Source of the DNA: Thermofilaceae archaeon
GTDB lineage: Archaea > Thermoproteota > Thermoprotei > Thermofilales > Thermofilaceae
Length of the DNA stretch: 64,000 nt
Assembly (NCBI GenBank): GCA_038727095.1
Contig: JAVYWK010000008.1
Span: 8,136-72,135 of the forward strand
Direction of reading: 5' to 3'
Shown here: positions 36,827 through 46,644 of the stretch, one piece after another
How positions within the stretch are numbered: the first letter of the stretch is position 1
Layout: each line of letters begins with the position of its first letter
The notes under the pieces: model-generated
What the model was told of the DNA's origin: nothing
Database searches by the model: none
Seen by the model: the letters and a program-made list of their open reading frames with translations, nothing else
Translations under genes and position numbers: made by a program

Positions 36827-38704
36827 CTACTGTACTTTTCCGGGGGCGTGGGCTAGCCTAACCCACACTTGCATAGGCCCGGGCTCGCGGTTAGCCCAAG
36901 CGTAGTACGGTACCGCTGTGAACTCCACCTCCCTAGCCCGCTCTTCCACCTCGCCGAGGCGCGCGTAGAGCCTCTTCTCCCAGCCGCCGGCGTCTAGGGC
37001 TAGCGCCCTACCCCTAACCACTGCCACGCCTCCAAGAAGGTCTGGGCGCCACTCCACTTTCATCTCGCCCGGTACCAGGGCTAGGTTCCAGACATCGTGG
37101 CTGTTGTCGGCCTGCTCCAAGCAGTAGACGAGGGGGCCGTACTTTACGGCGCACCTGCACGTGTTGTAGGTGACCCATGGGTGGCTTACGAGGAGGTACG
37201 GACCCATCTCGAATCTAAGCGCAACCCTATCGCCCTCCCTCCACCTCCTCTTCACCTCAAGGAAGGTGCCCGGCCGCACTGGCTCCAATCTCTCCCCGTT
37301 CACCTCGACTTTAGCTACACGAGTCCAGCCCGGGATTCTCACGAAGAGGGAGAACTCGTCGATGCCCCGCGGCTTCACCTCAATATCGACCTGCCCATCC
37401 CACGGGTAGTTGGTGCGCTCGATCAGTTCCACAGATCCTCCGTCAAGCTCGATCGTGGCTCTGCTGGCTGCGTAAAGCACCGTGTAGATGCCCATCCGCG
37501 TCTTCGCGTAGAGCATCCCCGGGACGTAGGCGATCAGCCTGGCGATGTTCGGCGGGCAGCAGGCGCACTCGAACCACCTCTGCCTCCGGTGCCTCCCCCT
37601 ATCCGCGAGCGGGTTAACGTAGAAGTACAGGTCCCCACTGAGCGAGATGCCGGCGAGCGCACCGTTGTAGAGGGCCAGCTCCATTACGTCTGCGAACCGA
37701 GCTTCGCCCGTCGCTAGCAGCATCCTCCAGTTCCACATCACGTTGGCAACGGCGGCGCACGTCTCCGCGTAGGCCCTCTCGTTGGGGAGCTCGTAGGCTT
37801 CGCCTATCGCCTCACCCTCGTACCTCGACCCCACGCCGCCGGTCACGTACATCTTCCTCGTGACGAGGTCCTCCCAGAGGAGCTCCAGCGCTCTGAGCAG
37901 GTCAACATCGCCGTTCTCCATGTAGACGTCAGTAGCGCCGCAGCAGAGGTACAGCGCTCGCACAGCGTGCCCTGTGATCTCGGTCATCTGCTTGAACGGC
38001 ACGTGATCCAGGTGGTAGGGGCTCCCCCCGATCAGCCCCCTCCCCCTCCTCTCGATGAGGAGCTGGGCCAGCTCGAGGTACCTGCGCTCCCCCACTTCCC
38101 TGTAGAGCTCGACGAGCGCCATCTCGACCTCCGGGTGCCCGTCGACAGCCTCCCGTTTGCCGGGGCCGAAGACCTCGTAAATGTGGTCGGCGGACCTGAC
38201 GGCAGCGTCGAGAAGGTCCTCTTCACCCGTGGTTCTGCTCCTCGCGACCGCCGCTTGGAAAAGGTGGCCGGCGCAGTACATCTCGTGCAAGTCGCGCAGG
38301 TTCGTCCACCTCTCCCCCTTCCTCTCAAAGGTGAAGAAGGTGTTCAGGTAGCCGTCCTCATCCTGCGCCGCGATTATCTCGGCTACAGCGCGATCCACCA
38401 ACCCCTTCAACCGGGCGTCATGCTCGTAAGCTAGGGCCCACTGAGCCGCTTCCACCCACTTGTAGACGTCCGAGTCGTTGAAGACGAGCCCCCTGAAAGG
38501 CTCTTTGATCTTACCGGCTGCGCGCCTGAAGTTATCGATGCGCCCCGTTTCCTCCAGCAGCTCGTACTGCGACGGCAGCGTCGCATCGATCAGCTTTCTG
38601 AGGCGTGGAGCCCAGAAGCCGTCCATCAGCCTGACGCGCCCAAGCGGGACTGGTTCCAACTTGGCGTACGGGCTCTTCGAGGTGTCAATTACGAGTTGCT
38701 GCAC
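36827..38704 (-). CDS. Glycoside hydrolase family 127 (beta-L-arabinofuranosidase-like)
   Basis: DSDVYKW, HEMYCAGH, GHPE, GHAVRA, YAETCAA, CACCPPN, PYYAWANR; start set at GTG 38704. Confidence 0.92.
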   Translation of the reverse strand: MQQLVIDTSKSPYAKLEPVPLGRVRLMDGFWAPRLRKLIDATLPSQYELLEETGRIDNFRRAAGKIKEPFRGLVFNDSDVYKWVEAAQWALAYEHDARLKGLVDRAVAEIIAAQDEDGYLNTFFTFERKGERWTNLRDLHEMYCAGHLFQAAVARSRTTGEEDLLDAAVRSADHIYEVFGPGKREAVDGHPEVEMALVELYREVGERRYLELAQLLIERRGRGLIGGSPYHLDHVPFKQMTEITGHAVRALYLCCGATDVYMENGDVDLLRALELLWEDLVTRKMYVTGGVGSRYEGEAIGEAYELPNERAYAETCAAVANVMWNWRMLLATGEARFADVMELALYNGALAGISLSGDLYFYVNPLADRGRHRRQRWFECACCPPNIARLIAYVPGMLYAKTRMGIYTVLYAASRATIELDGGSVELIERTNYPWDGQVDIEVKPRGIDEFSLFVRIPGWTRVAKVEVNGERLEPVRPGTFLEVKRRWREGDRVALRFEMGPYLLVSHPWVTYNTCRCAVKYGPLVYCLEQADNSHDVWNLALVPGEMKVEWRPDLLGGVAVVRGRALALDAGGWEKRLYARLGEVEERAREVEFTAVPYYAWANREPGPMQVWVRLAHAPGKVQ

Positions 38705-38795
38705 GCAGCTTCGATGATTGCCCGCTGAAATCTTTTTCCTAATCTTTTTAACTATAGAGCGTAAGGCTAAAAAGTGTAGTGAGAGGCACGGACTT

Positions 38796-39554
38796 GTGAG
38801 CGAGCTGGAGGGGGGAGAGAAGCTATTGGAGGAGGCCAGGAGCGCCATAAGACAGTTCGGCGACTTGCAGTACGAGCTGAGGGATTACGAGAAGCGGAGG
38901 AGCGAGGTGCTCCGCATGTACTCGACGGGGCAGGTTTCCAGGGAGGTTTTCGAGAACCTCATGGGCGAGCTCAAGCAGAAGATGCTCCCCCTCGTGAAGA
39001 GGTACTTCGAGCTGAAGTGGAGGCTGAGGGAGCTCGAATCGCAGCTACGGCTTGTGGTGACCAGGCTCAGCGTCGAAGCTAGGGCTTCGGAGAGTTCCCC
39101 GTACAGAGCCAGTTTCGAGAGGGATCAGCGCTTGAGAGCTACGCTCTCCAGGGTGGGTAGCACGTTGGAGGACGTCCAGCAGACCCTGAAGAACGTTGAT
39201 GCTGAAAGAGAGTTGAGGATGCTGGATGTCCTTCTCGATGTCCTCCCGAGGGAGGAGGTTGAAGCGTGGAGGCAGGTGATCGGTGAAGTGCTGGAGGGAT
39301 GGTCTCGCACGCGATTCTCCTACGCCAGCAGAGTTGAGGAGCTGGAGAGGAAGTTGGAGTCACTCAAGGATGCTTTAAGGGAGCTCGAGATAAGATTCGC
39401 CGTGGGGGAGTACGAGAGGGGGGAGTACGAGCTGAGGCGCTCAGCGGCCGAGAGGGAAGCGGGTGAGGTGCAGGCTCAACTTGAGGAGCTTCAGGAGAGA
39501 TTGGAGGACCTCGACCTTATCGCAGCTAGGTGCAGGGAGTTTCTGGCTAGGTGA
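38796..39554 (+). CDS. Coiled-coil protein with two CdvA/SHOCT-like motifs
   Basis: All helical, MYSTGQVSREVFENL and RFAVGEYERGEYELRR; start set at GTG 38796. Confidence 0.65.
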   Translation: MSELEGGEKLLEEARSAIRQFGDLQYELRDYEKRRSEVLRMYSTGQVSREVFENLMGELKQKMLPLVKRYFELKWRLRELESQLRLVVTRLSVEARASESSPYRASFERDQRLRATLSRVGSTLEDVQQTLKNVDAERELRMLDVLLDVLPREEVEAWRQVIGEVLEGWSRTRFSYASRVEELERKLESLKDALRELEIRFAVGEYERGEYELRRSAAEREAGEVQAQLEELQERLEDLDLIAARCREFLAR

Positions 39555-42232
39555 GGCTGATGGTTGCCCAGAGAAGGTTCATACTCACCGTGCTCCCGCT
39601 GCTCCTCGCTGTCGCGCTGGCTGGAGCAAGGGGTCAGGGGGTCAGAGAGGTGAGGGTGTTCAACCCGCTCCCCTACCCCCGCAGCGAGATCATAAGGTTG
39701 AACCTCAATTTCCTGGAAGGTGAAGCTTACAATGGGACGCTCAGCATCCGGGATTCCTCGGGCAACCCAATCCCCCTCCAGCTGGTTAACTGCACCTTCT
39801 ACCCTTCCGGGCACTACAAGAGCTGCTCCCTCCTATTTCGGGCTGATCTACCACCCTTGAACGTAACTCGGTACTTCATTACGTACTACTCGGCCCCGCC
39901 CGGGTACAACGTTAGCGTCCATGGGGGGTTGAGCGTCCGTTCCGCTAACCTGACCCTCGTTGCTTTCAATGCTACGGGCTCCTACGCCATCAATGTGACT
40001 AAAGCCATTATGGTCAGAGGGCCCGGTTACACAGTCATATTCAGCAACTCGTCTCTCGTTAACTTCCTCTTCGATGACGTGGGCGGCAACCTCGTCTTTG
40101 TCGACTGGCCGCTGGCGGGTTTCGTGGTTATGAGGAACCTAACGATCGCGGCTAGCGGCTACGATTTGAAGGAGTGCCAGGTTAAGCTGCTACTCAACGG
40201 GACGCTCGAGGCGAAGGTCGAGCAGGTTTGCCGCCATGGTGGGTTCGAGCTCAGTCAGGTGTTTACGTTCAGCGGTTTATCGGCCTTCGTACGCGTCGAC
40301 GCGCGGCTAAAGGGGGTGGAGGAAGGGCTCCTCTTCTTCCCCTTCCTGAGGCTCGCCGCCTCTGATTTTCGCGAGGCAATAATCAACGCGACCAGCGTTA
40401 GTGTAAGCCGAGAGCGGAGCTACGTTCCTGCCCCCCGCTGGCTGGCGCTGAGGGGTGGAAGAGGGTGGTTAGTTGTAGCTGTTAACTACACAAGTGTTGA
40501 CCCGAGGTCCGTGCTGGAGGCGCAGAGGCTCACTCTCTTCAGGAGGTACGTTAACGAGACGCACCCGCTGCAGAAGGCGCTTTACGAGCGTTTACTGAAG
40601 ATCCACGGAAACCTCACGAGAGTTCTAACAGCTGGTCAGCTTGCAGAAGCGGGAAGGCTAAACCTCACGCAAACATTGAGAGAAGCTGACTACCTCGCGG
40701 CTTTCAGTTCTGAGAGGGACCTCCTCCTTAAGAACCTGACAGACTTACTCGAGGCGACTGAGAGAGTGGCTAGCAGGCTCCTATTCATGCCTCAAGAGGG
40801 GGCTCTCAACATAGCGTACCAGGTAGGGAGGAGGGAAGCTAGCATCAATGCAACAATCGTTCTGGCGGTAGTCACAGAAAGCCCCCGCGATCTCGTTAGG
40901 TTCTCCCTCTTGAGCGCGGTCGCTACACCGGCCGTACTCTACGCCCCTATTGAGGCCCGACTCGACGCGCCAACCACCGTCTACGTTGACGATTACCTCC
41001 CAGTTAGCGCCGTCGTAAGATCAGCGGAGGGCCTGCGCAACGTCAGCGTCAGGCTAGTGCTCCCGGAGCATGCATTCGCGGTTGTAGAGGGCAGGAAAAG
41101 CGTTAACTTCACGCTCCTGCAGGGCACGCAGAGGGTTGATTGGACTCTGAGAGCGATGTACGAAGGCAGCTGGCCCATTCTCCTCAACGTGTCAAGCCCG
41201 TGGGGTAGCCTCATCCTTGAGAGAACCATCAACGTTTCGCTACTGCCCATCGTACCACGCGTCATCATCCCCAGAGCATTCAACGCGACGATCATTTGCA
41301 TCGATGCGCAGGGTAGACCCCTCTCGGGTTACCTGGTTAACCTCTACGAGAACGCTACTCGCGTGTTGGTACGCTGGGGGTTCACGAACGAGAGCGGCCT
41401 GCTGCGCTTCACAAACGTCACCGCCGGCGTGTACCGCATTGAGGTCACAGATGGTTTCCACAGCACATGGAGCACCGTCTACATCTACTCTGACAGAAAC
41501 TTCACCGTGAGCGTAGGCTTGTCCAACTTGAGGGTCAGGGTCGAGCTGGCCGAGGGGCGTCCTCTACCCCAAGCGGCTGTCTACGTTCGAGATGAGGAGG
41601 GCAGCCTCGTCTGCGCGGGCTTCACAGATGCTAACGGCACGGTGCTGTGCACCGGTCTTCCTCGCGGCAACTATACGGTATCCCTGCGGTGGCAAGGGGC
41701 GCTCGCCGGCTCCACACGCGTTTCCCTAACTAACGATACCCAGGTTGTGCTAAGGGGGCTCGTGAGGCTTGTGACAGTCTACGTCTCGCTAGGCGGAAGC
41801 CCAGCGGCTGGCGCCGTCGTAGCCGCGTTCTCGCCTGGAGGGACCCTAATTGCTACTACATACACAGATGAAAGAGGGATAGCCCAGTTGTACCTGCTCC
41901 CCGGCCCCTACCGGTTCACCGCTACAAAGGGCCAGTACAGTTCAAGCGTAACTGCCGACGTCAGGGTCGGCGGGTACGTAGAGCTAAACCTGACGCTTTC
42001 ACCAAGCCTCTGGCTGCTAATCGCAGTAACCGCCGCGTTGTGGTCGGTCACAGCTTACGTATGGCACCGGAGGACAAGTTACGTGTACAGGGAGAGGGAG
42101 CGGTACAAGCGCCTCCTTCAGCGGCTCGAGGAGCTTTACGGTAGAGGGGAGGTTGAGGAGAGGTTCTACGTGAAGCTTAAACAGGAGTACGAGACGAAAC
42201 TAAACGAGCTGAGCCGAGGTGAGTGGGAGTGA
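39551..42232 (+). CDS. Membrane-anchored surface protein with three carboxypeptidase-regulatory-like repeats and SHOCT-like tail
   Basis: Signal peptide, about 30 N-x-S/T sequons, three G.P..(A)V...T(D/N)..G...G.Y repeats, TM helix, LEELYGRGEVEERFY. Confidence 0.75.
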   Translation: MRLMVAQRRFILTVLPLLLAVALAGARGQGVREVRVFNPLPYPRSEIIRLNLNFLEGEAYNGTLSIRDSSGNPIPLQLVNCTFYPSGHYKSCSLLFRADLPPLNVTRYFITYYSAPPGYNVSVHGGLSVRSANLTLVAFNATGSYAINVTKAIMVRGPGYTVIFSNSSLVNFLFDDVGGNLVFVDWPLAGFVVMRNLTIAASGYDLKECQVKLLLNGTLEAKVEQVCRHGGFELSQVFTFSGLSAFVRVDARLKGVEEGLLFFPFLRLAASDFREAIINATSVSVSRERSYVPAPRWLALRGGRGWLVVAVNYTSVDPRSVLEAQRLTLFRRYVNETHPLQKALYERLLKIHGNLTRVLTAGQLAEAGRLNLTQTLREADYLAAFSSERDLLLKNLTDLLEATERVASRLLFMPQEGALNIAYQVGRREASINATIVLAVVTESPRDLVRFSLLSAVATPAVLYAPIEARLDAPTTVYVDDYLPVSAVVRSAEGLRNVSVRLVLPEHAFAVVEGRKSVNFTLLQGTQRVDWTLRAMYEGSWPILLNVSSPWGSLILERTINVSLLPIVPRVIIPRAFNATIICIDAQGRPLSGYLVNLYENATRVLVRWGFTNESGLLRFTNVTAGVYRIEVTDGFHSTWSTVYIYSDRNFTVSVGLSNLRVRVELAEGRPLPQAAVYVRDEEGSLVCAGFTDANGTVLCTGLPRGNYTVSLRWQGALAGSTRVSLTNDTQVVLRGLVRLVTVYVSLGGSPAAGAVVAAFSPGGTLIATTYTDERGIAQLYLLPGPYRFTATKGQYSSSVTADVRVGGYVELNLTLSPSLWLLIAVTAALWSVTAYVWHRRTSYVYRERERYKRLLQRLEELYGRGEVEERFYVKLKQEYETKLNELSRGEWE

Positions 42233-45200
42233 GGCGGGCAACAAGCTACGCGGTATTCGCCCTCCTATCGCTACTTGCATCGGTAGGCATAGCGGTCGCT
42301 ACACCCGAAAGCCAGCTCATAGTCATAGTTCGCGAGTACCCCAGCGGGAGGCCTCTGGGGGGCGTATCCCTCAACGTTACGCTGTGGATTGGGGGGAGGA
42401 CTCTGACATTTAACGCGCTGACAAACCCCGTCGGGATGTGGAACATACAGCTAGACCTGAAGCCGCAGGAGGCCTACCTGGTTAGGCTCTCAGTAGCACC
42501 CGCGAACTTCACAGGCTTCTCCTCCCCGCAACCCGCCCTACCCGTGCGCGTGGCTGATACGATGATCGACGAAATAGACTACAGAGCAGCCTTCATACCC
42601 TCTGCCAACGTAACAGAGCTCTCAGAGCTCAGGATCCCCCTCCAGGTTACCCAGAGCGGCAATGTTAGCCTAGTGAGGTGCGCAATCTGGATCGCTCCAG
42701 CGAGATTCGTTAACGTCAGCGTTCTAGACCCGGTAACCCGAAGGCCGACGAGAGTAACCGTGAAGCCGGGAGCCCCTCTCGTTGCGAGAGGCTACCTTCA
42801 GCCGTACCTCCTCCCGATAGGCTACCCTGTGCTGGTTAGGGCTGACACCCCCCTGACGGAGGCTCGGCAGCTGAGGTTCTGGGTGACCAATGAGACTCGC
42901 CTCGTGCCATGGTCGTACTACGCTGCTGATGCATTCCTGAAAGGGCAGCTGGCCTCCATTGACGATACGCTAAGGCAGTTAGAGGCGATCGGCTATCCGA
43001 CTGAAGAGTTTAGGAGGGGGGCGAGCCTGTTAAGGGCTGTTGCATGGCAGGCTTTGATCTACTTTGAGCGGGGCAATTACACGACGGCTATCGGAGCTCT
43101 CCTGGGGCTCGTCAACGGAGTTAACTCGCTGCGCAGTAGAGTGGACAACCTTTTCAGCTACTCACAGTTAGCCGCTGTTGGGGTTATCCTGCTCACCCTA
43201 GCATTCACCCACGTCTTGTCAGCAATGCTCTTTGAGAGGCGAAGGCATCTCTTCGTGACTCGGTTAGCCTTGTTGGTGGCGCTCATCCTGTTCGCGCTGT
43301 ACACGTCGCCGACGATGAGGGTCGCCGCAGCCGGACTCCTCGGGACACTGGGGGTACCCATGGCGGCGCTGGATTACCCCACGCTGGTTGCCGGAACCCT
43401 TCTCCTAAGCTTCCTAGCTTACAGCCTGCTCGTGCTCTTCTCAGCCGTTTCCGGTCCCGTGAGGGGCTTCTGGCTGCAGATAGCGCTCAGGTACATGAAG
43501 TCCAAGCGCCTAAGAACTGTGCTGGTTCTCACGGCCATGACCTTAGTCGTATCCTCGGTGCTCGCGGTCTCCGGCGTCACTATAGGTTCCGCAGTGATGG
43601 TGAAGAGCGGCCGGGGCTCTGGCTTCTACGGCCTCGACGTAGAGGTTGATACGATTCGCCGACCCACGGGCATGAACTTGTCGGAAGTTGAATGGCTCAG
43701 AGCGCTGGTTAACGCCACTGCAGTAGGCCGCATGGCCACCCCGCCTCCAAACTACCTGGGCGTGCTTGTGATGACTCGCGCCTCCGAAGCAATGATCTTA
43801 ACCCAGATGGCCGCCATCGATATCACCTTCGCAGCACGATACTTCAACCTGACAGCCGCTCTCTACGACGGGAGGCTTCCTCGAGATGGCGCGGCCGAGA
43901 TCCTCCTGCCGAAGGGCTTCTCAACTTCACTAAGCATAGGCGACAGCGTGTGGCTTTTCTTCGCCCAGCCGAGCGCACAGGGCCCACCCTCGCCGGCGGG
44001 CCCCGTATGGGACACGCCCGTACGAGTGGTGGGCTTCTTCGATCCGCTCGTCCTCAACGGGACGTTGGACCCGGAGCTGAGGCCGCTCTTCGGTGATCTT
44101 GCGCGAGTAAACTTCCTCGTAATAGCACCCTTCGATCCTCTAGCGCGCAGGTTAGCCCTCTCGCGAGTCTGGCTGCTTACAGCAAATGCCACGCCCGCTG
44201 GAGATGCGGCTCAACTTGTATTCACTGCGCTCCCCGTTACAGTGCACGTGCTCGAGGGCGACCGCGTCACCACCTACGAGAGGACGCTCCAGCTGTCGTT
44301 CAGGGGGCAAGAGTCGTTAGTGCTCCTAGTCATAGCAGCCTTGATGAACGCTATGGTGATGCTCGGCCACGTAGAGGACAGGAGGAGGGACGTTTACACA
44401 ATGGCAACGCTGGGCGCCGACCCTAAGAACCTATTCAACGCGATGATCGTCGAGGCTTCAATCATAGGTATCGTGGCCTCCTACCTCGGTTGGCTCCTTG
44501 CCCCTGTGATAAACCTGGTGCCCTCATCCTTCACCTTCCTCTTCGGCGGGGCGCCGATCGCGATCTCGCCGCCGCCGGTTGAAAGCCTGTTCTACGCGGC
44601 GGGGCTTGGGCTAGCCACGTCCGTGCTCTCGGCTTACGTGCCGTCGAGGAGGGCGAGCGGCCTCTCCAGGATGGGTAGGGAGGAGAGGAAGGTGATCTCG
44701 CCCAGCGAGCTCAAGCTGGTGGGTGGAATGGCGATATACGAGCTGCCGGTTAGGGTCTCGGTCTTCGAGAGCGAGGCGCTGTACAGGTACTTGAAGGAGA
44801 TCCTTCCGAAGAAGGACATCCTGGGGGAGGAGGTTTACCTGGATGGAACCTTCGCGATCTCCTTCGCCATCCTACCGCCGCACATGAGGGGTACTCTCGT
44901 CACTTGCAGGCTCCGAACGGTTAAGCGCGGCGACAGCCTGATCCTGCAGCTCGAGGTCCCGGAGGAGTACAGGAGCTACATCTACCTGAGCGACGTGATC
45001 TACGCGCTCGAGACGAAGCTGCTCGACTACTCCAAGTGGAGGGACACGCAGTTCAGGTACCAGATTCTGAGGTACGCGCCGCGACGCGAAGTACTGACGC
45101 TGGACGCCCTCCTCGAGCGGAGCTCGAACGTCATGGCTAGAGCCAGGGAGCTGGAGCTGAAGTTGAGGAGGCTCGACGAGATGAAGGCCACGATATCCAC

Positions 45201-45492
45201 GAGCTTGTACACCGAGTACGAGAGGAAGTACAGGAGGGAGCTCAACATACTCATCCGGGAGCTCCTCACGCTCTCGCTAAGGCTCGAGCCATTCGTGAGC
45301 CAGCTGCGCGATGAGATGCGCAAGCTCGAGTCCGAAAGGGAGAAGCACAGGGTCGCATACGAGCTGGGCGAGCTAAGCGAGGCGGAGTACAAGGCCGCTG
45401 TTGAACCGATAGAGAAGCAGCTCGACGAGTACGCGAGCAGGCTCAAGATGATAGAGGAGGTAAACTCCTTCCTGGCGTCGAGGCGCAGGTAG
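42223..45492 (+). CDS. FtsX/MacB-like permease with C-terminal CdvA-like coiled coil
   Basis: ALRYMKSKRLRTVLVL, VEDRRRDVYTMATLGA, VEASIIG, YVPSRRAS; tail AYELGELSEAEYK. Confidence 0.75.
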   Translation: MGVRRATSYAVFALLSLLASVGIAVATPESQLIVIVREYPSGRPLGGVSLNVTLWIGGRTLTFNALTNPVGMWNIQLDLKPQEAYLVRLSVAPANFTGFSSPQPALPVRVADTMIDEIDYRAAFIPSANVTELSELRIPLQVTQSGNVSLVRCAIWIAPARFVNVSVLDPVTRRPTRVTVKPGAPLVARGYLQPYLLPIGYPVLVRADTPLTEARQLRFWVTNETRLVPWSYYAADAFLKGQLASIDDTLRQLEAIGYPTEEFRRGASLLRAVAWQALIYFERGNYTTAIGALLGLVNGVNSLRSRVDNLFSYSQLAAVGVILLTLAFTHVLSAMLFERRRHLFVTRLALLVALILFALYTSPTMRVAAAGLLGTLGVPMAALDYPTLVAGTLLLSFLAYSLLVLFSAVSGPVRGFWLQIALRYMKSKRLRTVLVLTAMTLVVSSVLAVSGVTIGSAVMVKSGRGSGFYGLDVEVDTIRRPTGMNLSEVEWLRALVNATAVGRMATPPPNYLGVLVMTRASEAMILTQMAAIDITFAARYFNLTAALYDGRLPRDGAAEILLPKGFSTSLSIGDSVWLFFAQPSAQGPPSPAGPVWDTPVRVVGFFDPLVLNGTLDPELRPLFGDLARVNFLVIAPFDPLARRLALSRVWLLTANATPAGDAAQLVFTALPVTVHVLEGDRVTTYERTLQLSFRGQESLVLLVIAALMNAMVMLGHVEDRRRDVYTMATLGADPKNLFNAMIVEASIIGIVASYLGWLLAPVINLVPSSFTFLFGGAPIAISPPPVESLFYAAGLGLATSVLSAYVPSRRASGLSRMGREERKVISPSELKLVGGMAIYELPVRVSVFESEALYRYLKEILPKKDILGEEVYLDGTFAISFAILPPHMRGTLVTCRLRTVKRGDSLILQLEVPEEYRSYIYLSDVIYALETKLLDYSKWRDTQFRYQILRYAPRREVLTLDALLERSSNVMARARELELKLRRLDEMKATISTSLYTEYERKYRRELNILIRELLTLSLRLEPFVSQLRDEMRKLESEREKHRVAYELGELSEAEYKAAVEPIEKQLDEYASRLKMIEEVNSFLASRRR

Positions 45493-45504
45493 CCTCAAAC
45501 CCTT

Positions 45505-46644
45505 TTAATTCCTCTTTTTCCAACCCTCCACGATCTTGGAGAAAAGATCGAACACCCAGCTCGTGTCGTTCGGCCCCGGCGAAGCCTCAGGGTGGAACTG
45601 GACGCAGAGAACCCCCCTCTCTTCGTCTATGACCCCCTCGATGGTTTCATCATCGGCGTTGATGAACCAGGGCTCGAGACCGGTCTCCGCCAGCGATTTC
45701 CTCTCCACGGCGTAACCGTGGTTCTGAGAGGTCATGTAGCACCTTCCCGTCCGAAGATCAACTGCTGGCTTGTTGGCTCCGCGATGCCCGTAGCGCAGCT
45801 TGAAGATTCGCGCCCCGCGAGCCAGCGAAATCACCTGGTGGCCGAGGCAGATCCCCAGCATGGGGTAGCCGTACTCGATCAGCGCTTTCGCGCACTCGAT
45901 GGCTTCCCCGTAGAGCGAGGGGTTCCCGGGGCCGTTGCTGAAGACTACGCCCACCGGGTTCAGATCCAGCACGCGCTCCGCTCTGGTCCCGTAGGGCAGC
46001 AGCGCAACATCGTAACCTCTCGTGAGGAGCGCTCTCACGATGCTCGCCTTGACGCCACAGTCGTAGAGCGCAACCACCCCACGCCCCCTCCCCGATTCAA
46101 GCTTCACGGGTTCCCTGACGGAAACCCTCTCGGCCAGCTTCAGCGAGCCGTAGTCCGTCCCTCTGGCGAGCTTCAGGAGTTCCTCAACGCTGGGCTCCCC
46201 CTCCTCGTAGACTGCGAGTGCGCCCATCATCACGCCCCTCTCCCTGATCCTCTGCGTGATGCGCCTCGTGTCCACACCCCAGATTCCGGGAATACCCTCG
46301 TCCCTCAACCACTCGTGGATCGACCTCCTCGAGGCCCAGTGGCTCGGCTCTAAGCAGGCCTCGTGCACGACCACCCCTTCTACCTTGATGCCCCTCGATT
46401 CGAAGTGCAGCGGGAGCCCGTACCTGTCGGTCAGCTCGTACGGCGGTACACCGTAGTTGCCGATCAAGGGGTAGGTAAAGACGAGGATCTGCCCAAGGTA
46501 GGAGGGGTCGGTCAGCGCCTCCGTGTAGCCGACCATGCCCGTCGTGAAGACCACCTCACCCACAGCCATGCCGGGTGCGCCAAAGCCGCGCCCCCTCACC
46601 ACCGTCCCGTCCTCGAGGACGAGGATCGCCCTCACACCCACCAC
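45505..46644 (-). CDS. carA: Carbamoyl-phosphate synthase small subunit
   Basis: GEVVFTTGMVGY, TDPSY, SNGPGNP, GICLGHQ, QFHPEASPGP. Confidence 0.97.
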   Translation of the reverse strand: MVGVRAILVLEDGTVVRGRGFGAPGMAVGEVVFTTGMVGYTEALTDPSYLGQILVFTYPLIGNYGVPPYELTDRYGLPLHFESRGIKVEGVVVHEACLEPSHWASRRSIHEWLRDEGIPGIWGVDTRRITQRIRERGVMMGALAVYEEGEPSVEELLKLARGTDYGSLKLAERVSVREPVKLESGRGRGVVALYDCGVKASIVRALLTRGYDVALLPYGTRAERVLDLNPVGVVFSNGPGNPSLYGEAIECAKALIEYGYPMLGICLGHQVISLARGARIFKLRYGHRGANKPAVDLRTGRCYMTSQNHGYAVERKSLAETGLEPWFINADDETIEGVIDEERGVLCVQFHPEASPGPNDTSWVFDLFSKIVEGWKKRN

